Shown: positions 8,780 to 18,276 of the stretch, in pieces
How the letters are laid out: every line of letters starts with the position of its first letter
How positions within the stretch are numbered: position 1 is the first letter of the stretch
Source: Oceanispirochaeta sp.
GTDB taxonomy: Bacteria; Spirochaetota; Spirochaetia; DSM-2461
Direction: 5' to 3'
DNA length: 64,000 nucleotides
Assembly: GCA_963666275.2 (NCBI GenBank)
Contig: CAXXOA010000001.1
Location: 224,001 to 288,000 of the forward strand
Translations under genes and position numbers: made by a program
The notes under the pieces: generated by a model
Databases searched by the model: none
Told to the model about the DNA's origin: nothing
The model's input: only the letters and a program-made list of their open reading frames with translations

Positions 8780-10279
8780 CTAATAAGGTCCGAACCCGAT
8801 CGCCACAGCCCCCATCAGAAACAGCAGGGACAGCCCCGCTATGCCCACCTGCATCTTCCAGGTCCACTTCATCCACTGGGGATAGCTCACCACGGTAAAG
8901 CTCAGCCCGATCAGAAGCAGTGCATTGGTGGGGAAGATCATATTGCTGAATCCGTCTCCCAGGTCGAAGGCCAGGACGGCGGTCTGCCGGGTCAGGCCCA
9001 CAAGATCCGCCAGGGGGGCTATGATGGGCATCACAAGAAAGGCCTTGGCGGAAGCGCTGCTTATGAAGAAGTTCAGGGCCAGAGTCAGAAGGTAGATGTA
9101 GAAAGCCGCAATATAGGGATTGGTCCCTTTGATTGCTTCAGAGGCATAAAAGAGGATGGTATCCATCACCTTGCCCCTGGTCATAATATGGGGAACGCTC
9201 ATGGCCATCAGGATCAGCAGGATTCCGGGGAACATATTAGCCGCTCCTGAGCCTAGGACTTTCAGAAGCTCCTTCCAGGAGTAACCGATGATACGCCCCG
9301 CACCGGCTCCGCCGATGAGAAAGAGCAGGGCTACCGCCGGGAACGCCGCGTCCGAGGGGAGGGCTGGAATGAGCCCTGCCAGGATCATAAAGACGATGGC
9401 CACTCCCAGGCAGGAGCCGAACCATAGGGCGGCTTTGCTCTTCCGGGGATCAGCCGTTCCGGCGCTGTCTATCAGGTTATCCTCCTGAAACCGGCTGCGG
9501 ATTTTTTCATCCGCCTCAAACACCGGAGAGAGGGTAGGATCCTTTTCTATTTTCCGGGCATATTTTTTCACTGCCAGAAAGGAAAAGAGGTAGATCACCA
9601 TAAAAAAAAGGATCCGGAACCAGGTGCCTGAAAAGAGGGGCAGATCCGACAGTTTCTGGGCCACCGCAATGGTAAAAGGGTTGGTCACAGCTGCGGCGAA
9701 ACCGAAGCTCAGGGCCAGCAGGCTCATGCCCAGGCCTGTGAGGGAGTCCCATCCCAGAGCCAGAGACAGGGGAACAATGATCACAATCAGGGGGACCAGC
9801 CCCTCATAAACCCCCACAAAGGCGGCCAGAAACATCATGACAAACATAATCACCCCCAGGAGCCTGTATTTATTCTTTTTAAACCGGGCGGCTGTGACTG
9901 TCAGGAGCTCCTGCATGACGCCCCCTTTTTCAAGGACCGAAAAGGATCCTCCCAGAAAAATCATAAACAGGGAAAGAACCAGAACCATCAGCCAGTTGTC
10001 TCCCCATATTACTTCTACAGGAGCGCTGAACCATCGCCAGGCGGGATAGCCCGAGTCCTGTATATATTCAAACGAATTGGCAACCACTGCCATCCGTCCT
10101 TCCGTAAAGGTGCGTTCGTAGGCTCCTGCGGGGATCCATATGGTGAGGAAACCTGAAAAGATTATAAGGAGAAAGAGGATGGAAAAAGCTGTCAGAAAGG
10201 GTTTTACACCGATCTTCAGCATGGAGTTGTTTTCTTCTTTCTCTATGGCTGGCTGTTTAAGAATTTCTTCGCTCTGCAT
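8780..10279 (-). CDS. YfcC family membrane transporter (C4-dicarboxylate anaerobic carrier / basic amino acid antiporter-like)
   Basis: Polytopic membrane protein with IPAGAYER, NPFTIAVAQKLSDLPLFSG, FFISSASAKA, RQTAVLAFDLGDGFSNMIFPT motifs. Confidence 0.85.
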   Translation of the reverse strand: MQSEEILKQPAIEKEENNSMLKIGVKPFLTAFSILFLLIIFSGFLTIWIPAGAYERTFTEGRMAVVANSFEYIQDSGYPAWRWFSAPVEVIWGDNWLMVLVLSLFMIFLGGSFSVLEKGGVMQELLTVTAARFKKNKYRLLGVIMFVMMFLAAFVGVYEGLVPLIVIIVPLSLALGWDSLTGLGMSLLALSFGFAAAVTNPFTIAVAQKLSDLPLFSGTWFRILFFMVIYLFSFLAVKKYARKIEKDPTLSPVFEADEKIRSRFQEDNLIDSAGTADPRKSKAALWFGSCLGVAIVFMILAGLIPALPSDAAFPAVALLFLIGGAGAGRIIGYSWKELLKVLGSGAANMFPGILLILMAMSVPHIMTRGKVMDTILFYASEAIKGTNPYIAAFYIYLLTLALNFFISSASAKAFLVMPIIAPLADLVGLTRQTAVLAFDLGDGFSNMIFPTNALLLIGLSFTVVSYPQWMKWTWKMQVGIAGLSLLFLMGAVAIGFGPY

Positions 10280-10303
10280 GGGGGCTCCTTGTCTGTGTTC
10301 TGT

Positions 10304-11785
10304 TTATAGCCGGGAGAATAATCGGCAGTAGAAATCCAGACCGCGGTCCAGATTTTTGAGGGATACTCGTTCGTTGATCCCATGTATGGTTTTCAGATCC
10401 TGCGGTGTCAGCTCCAGAGGGGTGAAACGCAGGATCTGGTCCGACAGGTCTCTATAGTACTTGGAATCGGTCGAGCCGTTCACCAGAAAGGGAACTGCCA
10501 CTGCTTCGGGATGGGACTCCTCCAGGACCTCCCTGAGCAGAGTGAAACCCGTTCCCGAAGGATTGGTCGCCTCTATGGGGTCATTGGAGGGCCAGTTTCC
10601 GGCGTCTTCGACTTTCAGGGATCTGTCCCGTAGAGTCCGTTTATGCCGTTTGTGCATGCGGGAGATCGAATCTCCCGGCAGGATCCGGTGATTCACCATA
10701 CAGGCCGCTTCGCCGGGAAGGATATTCTCCTGCTCGCCGCTGTTGAAGACGGTGACAGCCTGGGTTGTCCGGATAAGACTGTCGGTGGTCGGGTTTCGGG
10801 AGAAGACAAAGCGGATCAGGGGCGCGCTGATCCAGAGGTTGGCAAAGAGAAAACCCAGAGCGGGGTTTACCCAGGGAACAAATCGCTCCAGCATATTCCT
10901 CATAACCGGTACCAGACGGGAGGGGAAAAGTTTCCGCTCCAGCCGGACAATCCCCCGGGAGAGCCGTCCGATGGCCGTGCCTTTCTTTACGGGCATCGAG
11001 GAGTGGCCGCTTGTGCCGGGGCTTGATATCTTAAAGGTGACAAAGCCCTTTTCTGCCATCCCGATCAGAGCGGCAGGTTTTCCTTTCAGAAAAGCGAGCT
11101 GATCTCTGGCGATAATGCCCCCTTCGTCCATAATAAACTCAAACTTCAGGTTCCGGGAGGTCAGCTCCTTTGACAGGACGCCGGCACCTTCCAGCCCGGC
11201 AATCTCCTCATCTCCTCCAAAGGCGAACCAGATATCCCTTTCGGGCTGAAAGTTCTGCTCCAGCAGTGCTTCGGCGGTTTCCATCAGTAGGGCAAGCTGT
11301 ACCTTTATGTCCAGAGTTCCCCGGCCCCAGAGTTCTTCCTCTTCGATCTCTCCGCTGAAAGGTGGCTTCAGCCAGACTTCCTCCCCGTTCTCCTCGGCGG
11401 GAACCACATCGTAATGGGCCAGAAAGAGTACAGGCTTCAGGGAGGGATCCGAACCCTTCCAGTGATAGAGCAGGGCGAAGTCGCTGAGTTTCTCCACAGC
11501 CATATTTTTATGTACCACAGGGAAAAGTGTTTCCAGCTCTTTCTGAAACTCCCTGAACGAGGAAAGATCCCTTTTGGTCCTGTCGGTCCAGGATACTGTG
11601 GGAATCCTGATGAGCCGGGCCAGTTTTCCGGGAAACTCTTTCCTCTCCTCTTCTGGAATGGTCTGAACCTGTTCTGTATCCCTGATCTGCTCAAATTCCC
11701 CTCCGGGAGAGTACTTTCTCCGGATAAAGTGGTAGCGTGTGATCAGTATCAGCAAAAAGAGGATAAAGAGGGGGAATAGAGCCAT
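10304..11785 (-). CDS. M20/M25/M40 family metallopeptidase with N-terminal membrane anchor (PM20D1/carboxypeptidase S-like)
   Basis: LAHYDVVP, WGRGTLDIK, GGDEE, MDEGG, GHSSMP, GSTDS, IHGINER. Confidence 0.9.
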   Translation of the reverse strand: MALFPLFILFLLILITRYHFIRRKYSPGGEFEQIRDTEQVQTIPEEERKEFPGKLARLIRIPTVSWTDRTKRDLSSFREFQKELETLFPVVHKNMAVEKLSDFALLYHWKGSDPSLKPVLFLAHYDVVPAEENGEEVWLKPPFSGEIEEEELWGRGTLDIKVQLALLMETAEALLEQNFQPERDIWFAFGGDEEIAGLEGAGVLSKELTSRNLKFEFIMDEGGIIARDQLAFLKGKPAALIGMAEKGFVTFKISSPGTSGHSSMPVKKGTAIGRLSRGIVRLERKLFPSRLVPVMRNMLERFVPWVNPALGFLFANLWISAPLIRFVFSRNPTTDSLIRTTQAVTVFNSGEQENILPGEAACMVNHRILPGDSISRMHKRHKRTLRDRSLKVEDAGNWPSNDPIEATNPSGTGFTLLREVLEESHPEAVAVPFLVNGSTDSKYYRDLSDQILRFTPLELTPQDLKTIHGINERVSLKNLDRGLDFYCRLFSRL

Positions 11786-11879
11786 TTATGAAGTCTCCCG
11801 ATTGTGTTAACCTTAAGGGTAAAGTATCTATGGATGTAAGGGCACCGTCAAGAAAAACCGGAAAGCCCTGTAGGATTTT

Positions 11880-12989
11880 ATGACAGACGAACAATTACAC
11901 AAACTGGACCACTATCTTCAGGAACTGGAGCTTCCCTTCAGATCCTCTGTGGTGATCGCTCTCATTCGAGACGCCCTGGCCGGAACAGGTGATCCTCCGG
12001 ATATAATCTCCCGGAGAATCTATCAGATCGCCGGTGTTATCCTTCCCGGGGAGGAAGCGCCCCTTCTTTTCGAACAGCTTATTTTCGATCTCTACAAGGA
12101 TGTGGAAAAAGGGTTCGATAAGGATGAAGACAGTACGTTTTCACCTATGAGAAGCCGTATACTGGACCTGCTAGATAAATGGATGCAGCTTTCCGACTTC
12201 CTCTATGAGGAAGAGCAGAACCAGCTCAGCGGAAGGGATGAGATTCAGCTTGAAATGAATGAACTTCTCAAATTCCTCCACTCCCTGCTGGACCGCCTGA
12301 ATGATCCCGAACATGAAACTCCCGATTCGGCCAAGGAACTGAGCTTTCTGCTGGACCAGAGCGAAGAGGTTTTTACCCGCTTTATGCACCAGGTGGAAGA
12401 GCTTCTCAATCCCCATACCTCGGTAACCCCCGTGGAGGACGGTTCTGAAAAAATCCTTCATCTGCGGGTGGAACTCAAAGATGCGGGACATCCTGTGTGG
12501 CGGGAGTTTACTGTATCGGGTTTACTGCCCCTTTCCCGGTTTCATCTGGTTCTGCAGAAAGTCATGGGATGGTGGGACCTGTACGATCACAGCTTTGAGC
12601 AGGGAGGTTCCTTCTGGGGGACCTCGGCGGAAGACGATGACTCTGTTATCTATCAGGACGAAGAGGAGTGTCCGGTTCAGTCTCTTCTGACCGAAGAGGA
12701 TGATATGCTCCACTACTGCTATGACCTTCCCGAGGGATGGCATCATGTCGTTCTGGTTCAGGATGCTCTGGACGCGAGTGCCGGGGCTGCTCCCCGCTGC
12801 CTCAAGGGCCGGGGAGCCTGTCCTCCCGAAGACTGCGGCGGTCCCGAAGGGTTCCGTATGCTCCTGGCTTCTCTGAAACCGGATGCCCCGGCGGACCTGA
12901 AAGAGGACTTTGCCTGGGTGGGAGATTACGATCCCGATGAATTTGATGCGGATGCAGTCAATGAGGAGCTGGGGAATCTGATCCTTTAG
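11880..12989 (+). CDS. Protein with C-terminal plasmid pRiA4b ORF-3-like domain and an acidic helical N-terminal region
   Basis: PVWREFTV, FHLVLQKVMGW...H..SF, YCYDLPEGWHH, GRGACPPEDCGGPEGF motifs. Confidence 0.8.
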   Translation: MTDEQLHKLDHYLQELELPFRSSVVIALIRDALAGTGDPPDIISRRIYQIAGVILPGEEAPLLFEQLIFDLYKDVEKGFDKDEDSTFSPMRSRILDLLDKWMQLSDFLYEEEQNQLSGRDEIQLEMNELLKFLHSLLDRLNDPEHETPDSAKELSFLLDQSEEVFTRFMHQVEELLNPHTSVTPVEDGSEKILHLRVELKDAGHPVWREFTVSGLLPLSRFHLVLQKVMGWWDLYDHSFEQGGSFWGTSAEDDDSVIYQDEEECPVQSLLTEEDDMLHYCYDLPEGWHHVVLVQDALDASAGAAPRCLKGRGACPPEDCGGPEGFRMLLASLKPDAPADLKEDFAWVGDYDPDEFDADAVNEELGNLIL

Positions 12990-13002
12990 GGTGTTGAAAT
13001 CA

Positions 13003-13029
13003 ACTCTCCGGAACTTTTTTCCGGAGAGT
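13003..13029. terminator. Inverted repeat between convergent genes (probable terminator)
   Basis: ACTCTCCGGAA / TTCCGGAGAGT perfect 11-bp stem. Confidence 0.6.
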
Positions 13030-13056
13030 GATTGTCATTTTCAGAAAAAAAGAGGA

Positions 13057-14343
13057 TCAGCCTGTTACCTCCCGGGCCAGTTTCACCCATTTTTTTACAT
13101 TTTCCGAATTGTTTCCGATTGTATGGTTGTCTTTCATAATAATCTCAACGCAATTCCTGTCTTTTGCCACAGCGAATTTTTCCTCTAATTCTTTCCGGGC
13201 TGTTTCCACATCCATTTCATGGGTTGCCAGAGGGGAAGGTGTCGGTTTCAGTGAGAATATATAGTCTTTTTTCAGAGCATCGCTCATTTTTTCGACATCT
13301 GCCCAATGCGATACAGAAACTCTTCTGAGGTTTTTGCTCTGTTTAACAGTTTCAATCCGAGATTCCAGGCCTTCACAGCATCCGTAACACCCCAGTCCGA
13401 ACTTTTCAAGAATCTCTTTCTGATAGGGCCAGATGAATTCGGCAAACATATCGGGAGATACTCCTACTGTAATCTGGCTTTCCGTGAGGCCCCACATTTC
13501 ACTGAGCATTGACGGTTCTCTGCCGGGCAGCTGATCTGTATATCCCAGTCCGCCGGATCCTACAAAGGTATAATTGTTATTGGGGTAGTAGAGATTTTGT
13601 TTTTCAAGAAATTCCATTCTCTCTATTGTTCCCTGCTGAAGCTTTTGCATCAGGGCATGGACACCATCGGGATCGTCATAGAAATCCATCATCATTTTAT
13701 CCATGCCCCGTAGCTGGGAAAATTCATCCGTCAGGCCCACCGACCAGTACCATACTGTCCTGTTCTGAACAGTAAGAATACCGTCGAAAATGGACTGGGC
13801 CAGGTCCATAACCTTTTGTGATGTGTCTTTGTCTACAACGATCTCCTGAGGCAGAATTGATTCAATCTCTTCATATGAGTCCATGACCGAATCAATATGG
13901 TAGGCACCGCCGTCAAGCTGTGTGGTAAAGGCATGGCTTTTCTCTTCTTTCCCTTTGATCCGCCAGGGCATTTCCCTGTATACATGAGCTATGTCAATTA
14001 CAGGCTCAATCACATAATCATCTCCCATTTCCCTGCCCCAGAAAATCTGTTTCTTCATGGACAGTTCCCAGTGCCTTGCCAGGTCATTGGTACATTTCAG
14101 GTCAGTTTCCGGAATAATTTCATGCCACCCGTTTTCGGGATCACAAAAAATCATGGGTCTTTCTCCTTCCAGGTTGTTGTGTTTGACCCAGAGCCGCTTT
14201 TTCTCTGCCATTTCGGGAGACTCTCCCATTTCCCGAACCTCCTTTGCCAGCGACTGGAGCTGCTTTTTATCATCCCCGGAAATCCTAAGGTCGGAATAAT
14301 CTGTATCCGTTGAGTCCACCCTTACATTCAAGTGTTTATACAT
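13057..14343 (-). CDS. Uroporphyrinogen decarboxylase / methyltransferase (UroD/MetE-like TIM barrel) family protein
   Basis: LRGMDKMMMDFYDDPDGVHALM, VSPDMFAEFIWPYQKEI, YGCCE motifs; cotranscribed with lacI. Confidence 0.65.
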   Translation of the reverse strand: MYKHLNVRVDSTDTDYSDLRISGDDKKQLQSLAKEVREMGESPEMAEKKRLWVKHNNLEGERPMIFCDPENGWHEIIPETDLKCTNDLARHWELSMKKQIFWGREMGDDYVIEPVIDIAHVYREMPWRIKGKEEKSHAFTTQLDGGAYHIDSVMDSYEEIESILPQEIVVDKDTSQKVMDLAQSIFDGILTVQNRTVWYWSVGLTDEFSQLRGMDKMMMDFYDDPDGVHALMQKLQQGTIERMEFLEKQNLYYPNNNYTFVGSGGLGYTDQLPGREPSMLSEMWGLTESQITVGVSPDMFAEFIWPYQKEILEKFGLGCYGCCEGLESRIETVKQSKNLRRVSVSHWADVEKMSDALKKDYIFSLKPTPSPLATHEMDVETARKELEEKFAVAKDRNCVEIIMKDNHTIGNNSENVKKWVKLAREVTG

Positions 14344-14358
14344 ACTCTCTCTCCTTTT

Positions 14359-15396
14359 TCAAATTTTTGAACCGCAGCTTTCCCGGATAATCAGGGAAGG
14401 CTGTAACTTTAAGTCCTTTGGTTTCAGAAAACTTTTGGAATGGATTTTTTCAATGAGATGCTGACAGGCCAATTCGGTCATTTTTGCCAAAGGCTGATGG
14501 ACAGATGTGAGATGGGGTTTGAAGTAGGTGCAGAACTGAATGTCATCAAAACCGACAAGAGCCATATCCTGAGGCACTCCGATGCCTAATTCATTAAGAG
14601 CCTCTTTTGCCCCCAGAGCGATCATATCGTTCTGAGCAAAAATGGCAGAAATCTCTTTCAGGCCCTTTTTATGGTTCATAACAGCATGGTAGCCCGATTC
14701 AAAATAGCTGGTGCCGCCTTGAAAAATCAGCTTGTCATTTCTCTCAATTCCGAAATGGTTCAATGCGGTCCGATAGCCTTCGGTTCTTAACTCATACTCC
14801 TTTCCCTCATAGTTTTTAACCGTTATGGTGGCAATCTTTTTGTGACCGAGTTTCAATAAATGTTCCGTTGCCATATACCCCCCCGCCAGGTGGTCTGTAT
14901 AAAATTTATCCGCCTCGGCAAAATCCGGATCATCCAGGAAATGGTGCAGAAACACATAGGGAAGCTTTGTGGATTTCAGAAATAGTTTTGCTTCCCGGGG
15001 CAGAGTGGGCCGGGCAATAAGAAGTCCATCGACTTTTTTGCCAATGATGAGTTTTTTTATATTGCTCACATTGGAAAATCTGTTATTGGCAAAAGCAACG
15101 ATCAGATCCAGGCCGGCTTTTTCCATGCTTTTCTGAAGCTGGCCATGGAAGGCTCCAAAATAAAGGTTGGCATTAAAATCCATAAAGTCTTCCGGATATA
15201 TGATACCGACAGTATTGCTCCGGTTTGTGATAAGGCTCCTGGCGTTGGCATTGAATTCAAAACCCTGTTCTTCTGCAATCTTCCAAATCCGATTTCTTGT
15301 CGCTTCTGAGATTAGAGGGCTGTTGTTGAGGCTACGCGAAACTGTAGACTGACTGACCCCTGCCAGAAGGGCAAGGTCTTTTGTCGTTATTGACAA
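14359..15396 (-). CDS. LacI family transcriptional regulator
   Basis: TKDLALLAGVSQSTVSRSLN HTH, NANARSL hinge, VGFDDI, LTSVHQP, LIIRESCG; TTG start with GGAGAG upstream. Confidence 0.95.
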   Translation of the reverse strand: MSITTKDLALLAGVSQSTVSRSLNNSPLISEATRNRIWKIAEEQGFEFNANARSLITNRSNTVGIIYPEDFMDFNANLYFGAFHGQLQKSMEKAGLDLIVAFANNRFSNVSNIKKLIIGKKVDGLLIARPTLPREAKLFLKSTKLPYVFLHHFLDDPDFAEADKFYTDHLAGGYMATEHLLKLGHKKIATITVKNYEGKEYELRTEGYRTALNHFGIERNDKLIFQGGTSYFESGYHAVMNHKKGLKEISAIFAQNDMIALGAKEALNELGIGVPQDMALVGFDDIQFCTYFKPHLTSVHQPLAKMTELACQHLIEKIHSKSFLKPKDLKLQPSLIIRESCGSKI

Positions 15397-15420
15397 TATC
15401 TCTCTCCGGAATGGAAAAAA

Positions 15421-15448
15421 TTGTTAATGCAATCGTATGCATTAGCAA
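15421..15448. promoter_or_regulatory. LacI-type palindromic operator upstream of lacI
   Basis: TTGTTAATGCA-ATCGTA-TGCATTAGCAA (11-bp arms, 1 mismatch, central CG); related site ATGCAACCGTATGT at 15611-15624. Confidence 0.6.
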
Positions 15449-15625
15449 TTATACAAGCTGATGGTTTAATCGTAAAGTTTTTTCTGCATTTCAGAAAAAA
15501 TGGACCTGAACCTTCTTCTTTCCCTTTTTTTCAGAAGGAGAGAGTCCAAAACTGAGAATTTTCTTTTACGTTGAGTAAGATTTTGAGACTATTGATACAC
15601 TATTGGGTTTATGCAACCGTATGTT

Positions 15626-16102
15626 TTAAGAGGGCTGCTGCATTTGTCTGATCGATTCTACAATACAGGCGTGATCCTCCAGATCATCTGGTAGGCCGGA
15701 AACGCAAATGGATCCGATCATCCCCGTGCCTTCCAGGAGAAGGGGAAAACCGCCTCCGAAAGTGGCATAATCCTGAGGGTTCAGCAGTCTTTCTTTCAGG
15801 GTCTGTCCGAAAACGGCAAGCCAGGACCGGAAGCGGAGGGAGGACATTCCCATGAGTTCCACGCTGTTCCTCTTTCTCTCCAGCCAGTACTCGCTGTCAG
15901 CCATTGAACCGTCTGTAAAATGCCGGAATACTACCAGTCCGTTAATAGTTATTTCCACAGCAATGGGATCGCTGAATTTTTTGGAATAGTCCAGTATGGT
16001 CAGACCCAGTGAAAGAGCATCAGCCCTTGAGAAACTTTGGAATGTCAGATTCTTCTCCTCCTGGCCCAGCCTTTCAAATTCCTGTCTGTCTGATTTACTC
16101 AT
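15626..16102 (-). CDS. GlcG/HbpS-like heme-binding family protein (UPF0303-like)
   Basis: FSRADALSLG, WLERKRNSV, GGGFPL, GSICVSGLP..EDH motifs. Confidence 0.8.
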   Translation of the reverse strand: MSKSDRQEFERLGQEEKNLTFQSFSRADALSLGLTILDYSKKFSDPIAVEITINGLVVFRHFTDGSMADSEYWLERKRNSVELMGMSSLRFRSWLAVFGQTLKERLLNPQDYATFGGGFPLLLEGTGMIGSICVSGLPDDLEDHACIVESIRQMQQPS

Positions 16103-16122
16103 ATCCTGTCTCCTTTAGAATT

Positions 16123-17094
16123 TTATCTGTCTTTCAGTATGCGGTATACCTTATAGTTGTAGTGAATTATATCCGGTTCCACCAGATCTCCGACAAACTG
16201 TTCCAGAATCATGGAAGATTCTCTTTTTCTGTTCCGGGAATTCCGGGAATAGGGAACAATGACGAAGTCATAAAGATCCAGTGTTCCGTAGGATTCCATA
16301 TTCTGGATATGGGTGGATATAAACTCATGCTTGGTCAGGATCAGGACTTTCTGTCCTTTTGTCAGTTTCAGAATATCTTTTTTCTGGGCATTCTCTTTCG
16401 GAGAATCTACATAGAGTTTTCTATCCGCAATATAGGTGGCCGCCTGAATGATATAGTCAAATGTCTCTGCCAGATAGTGATCTCTGCCTGTGGCTATGAG
16501 AATATTGTTTACAGGATCAACCCATTCGTGACGGGTGAACAGTTCAAGTCCTTCCAGATGGGGAAGCTCTTCCATCAGATAATTGAGGACTCCCAGGTTG
16601 TGGGTATAAATCTCGAACCTCAGCCCATGATCCCTGATTCCAGTCACCAGAGATCTGGCAACATAATATACTTCCGTTCCCGCTCCCAGCAGAACCTTTA
16701 ATGGCCTGGAGGGCGTATTTTCTTTTTCATTGAGTATTTTGTCGAGGACGGCATTAGCGATTTTAAGTTTCTGGGTGATGTATAAAAGCTGTTTCTGTTT
16801 AAAACTATCCAGTTTATCCTGGAGGGTAATGGAGAAGTCCTCCGAATCGCTGCCGGGTTTTATTTTCCGGAAAAGGGGTGCTCCCAGTTCGTCTTCATAA
16901 CTCCGCAGCTGATTGTATATATGCTGGTTGCTGGTATAGGAAATAGCATATTTCTCATTGAGAAAGGAACGGATTTCTTCCAGGGGTACGATTATATGGT
17001 TTATAGATACTGCATCACTGAGCTCAAATTTCTGAGAAAAGTAGAGAAATACCTCAGTCACAAGATCCTTCATTCTGAGTCTCTGCTTAGCCAT
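16123..17094 (-). CDS. Divergent DeoR-like regulator (DeoR C-terminal sensor-like domain, atypical N-terminus)
   Basis: KLKIANAV...VLLGAGTEVYYVARSL...IYTHNLGVL resembles the DeoRC pattern; divergent from iolG. Confidence 0.5.
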   Translation of the reverse strand: MAKQRLRMKDLVTEVFLYFSQKFELSDAVSINHIIVPLEEIRSFLNEKYAISYTSNQHIYNQLRSYEDELGAPLFRKIKPGSDSEDFSITLQDKLDSFKQKQLLYITQKLKIANAVLDKILNEKENTPSRPLKVLLGAGTEVYYVARSLVTGIRDHGLRFEIYTHNLGVLNYLMEELPHLEGLELFTRHEWVDPVNNILIATGRDHYLAETFDYIIQAATYIADRKLYVDSPKENAQKKDILKLTKGQKVLILTKHEFISTHIQNMESYGTLDLYDFVIVPYSRNSRNRKRESSMILEQFVGDLVEPDIIHYNYKVYRILKDR

Positions 17095-17256
17095 TGCCTA
17101 CCCCGCGATTTTTTTATCTTAATATGCTGTTTCAGCCTAATATCCTATTTTCAGGCTAAAATCATTTTCTACTATCTTAAGTGGGAGAGCAAAAAAAATC
17201 GACAACTTTCAGTGCGGGTGATACTGTTTTTTCAGAAATCAGAAAAGGAGGCTGTT

Positions 17257-18276
17257 ATGTCACAACCCTTAAATGTCGGTGTCATCGGAACAGGCCGTAT
17301 CGGGGCGTTCCATGTGGAAACTCTGACAAAAAGAATTGATGGAGTGAATGTCAAAGCTGTCTGCGATGCCTATCTTCCCGCTGCGGAAGAGTGTGCAAAG
17401 AAGTTTAATGTTCCTCTGGCATCATCGAAAATTGAAGATATTATTGATGACCCAGAAATAGAAGCGGTCATTATTTGTTCCAGTACAGATACTCATGCGG
17501 ATTATATTCAGGCTGCCGCAAAAGCGGGAAAGCATATTTTCTGCGAAAAGCCAATAGACCTGGATCTGGACAAAATCGATAAAACTCTGGCGGTAGTAAA
17601 AGAGTGCGGTGTGAAATTGCAGGTTGGATTCAACCGCAGGTTTGATCCCAATTTTGCCCGGGTCCGGGAAGGTATCGAGAAAGGGGAAATCGGAGACCTT
17701 CACTTTCTCAGAGTGGCCAGCCGGGATCCCGCTCCACCCCCCGCAGAGTATGTTGCCAGGTCCGGCGGTCTGTTCAGAGATATGACCATTCACGATTTTG
17801 ATATGGTCCGTTTTATTTCGGGCAGCGAAGTTGAAGAGGTCTATGCTTCCGGAGCAGTCCTTGTGGATCCTGCAATCGGTGAAGCTGGTGATATTGATAC
17901 AGCTGTGATCAACCTTAAGTTTGCCAATGGTGCCCTGGGTATCATAGATAACAGCCGGAAAGCCGTATACGGCTATGATCAGAGGATTGAAGCCTTCGGT
18001 TCGGGGGGAATGCTGGAAGCAAAAAACGTTGACTCCAACACTGTTGTCCTCAGCAGCGACAAAGCCATTCAGACAGATCTGATTCCTCTGTTCTTTGTGG
18101 AACGGTATACAACAGCCTATGTGAATGAGTTTAAAGCATTTGTTACAGCCATAGCCGAAGACAAACCTGTTCCTGTCACTGGAAACGATGGAAGGATGCC
18201 TGTTATCATCGCCCTGGCAGCCATGAAATCTCTGAAGGAGAACAGGCCCGTCAAGCTGTCCGAGGTTGCCGGATGA
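17257..18276 (+). CDS. iolG: myo-Inositol 2-dehydrogenase (Gfo/Idh/MocA)
   Basis: True start ATG at 17257 after SD AAGGAGG (the ORF track start at 16921 is too early); GTGRIG, CEKP, GFNRRFD, SRDP, DMTIHDFD, YGYDQRIE. Confidence 0.88.
   Translation: MSQPLNVGVIGTGRIGAFHVETLTKRIDGVNVKAVCDAYLPAAEECAKKFNVPLASSKIEDIIDDPEIEAVIICSSTDTHADYIQAAAKAGKHIFCEKPIDLDLDKIDKTLAVVKECGVKLQVGFNRRFDPNFARVREGIEKGEIGDLHFLRVASRDPAPPPAEYVARSGGLFRDMTIHDFDMVRFISGSEVEEVYASGAVLVDPAIGEAGDIDTAVINLKFANGALGIIDNSRKAVYGYDQRIEAFGSGGMLEAKNVDSNTVVLSSDKAIQTDLIPLFFVERYTTAYVNEFKAFVTAIAEDKPVPVTGNDGRMPVIIALAAMKSLKENRPVKLSEVAG

Noticed and set aside
11880..12989. pRiA4b ORF-3 domain as a sign of a plasmid or IS element
   Set aside because: The domain is common on chromosomes; no flanking repeats or mobility genes are nearby.
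16921..17256. 112-aa N-terminal extension of iolG in the ORF track
   Set aside because: It overlaps the divergent gene; the SD and homology point to ATG 17257. Over-long starts were likewise trimmed for the ABC ATPase, ROK3, ectB, ectC, rhodanese and M16C.
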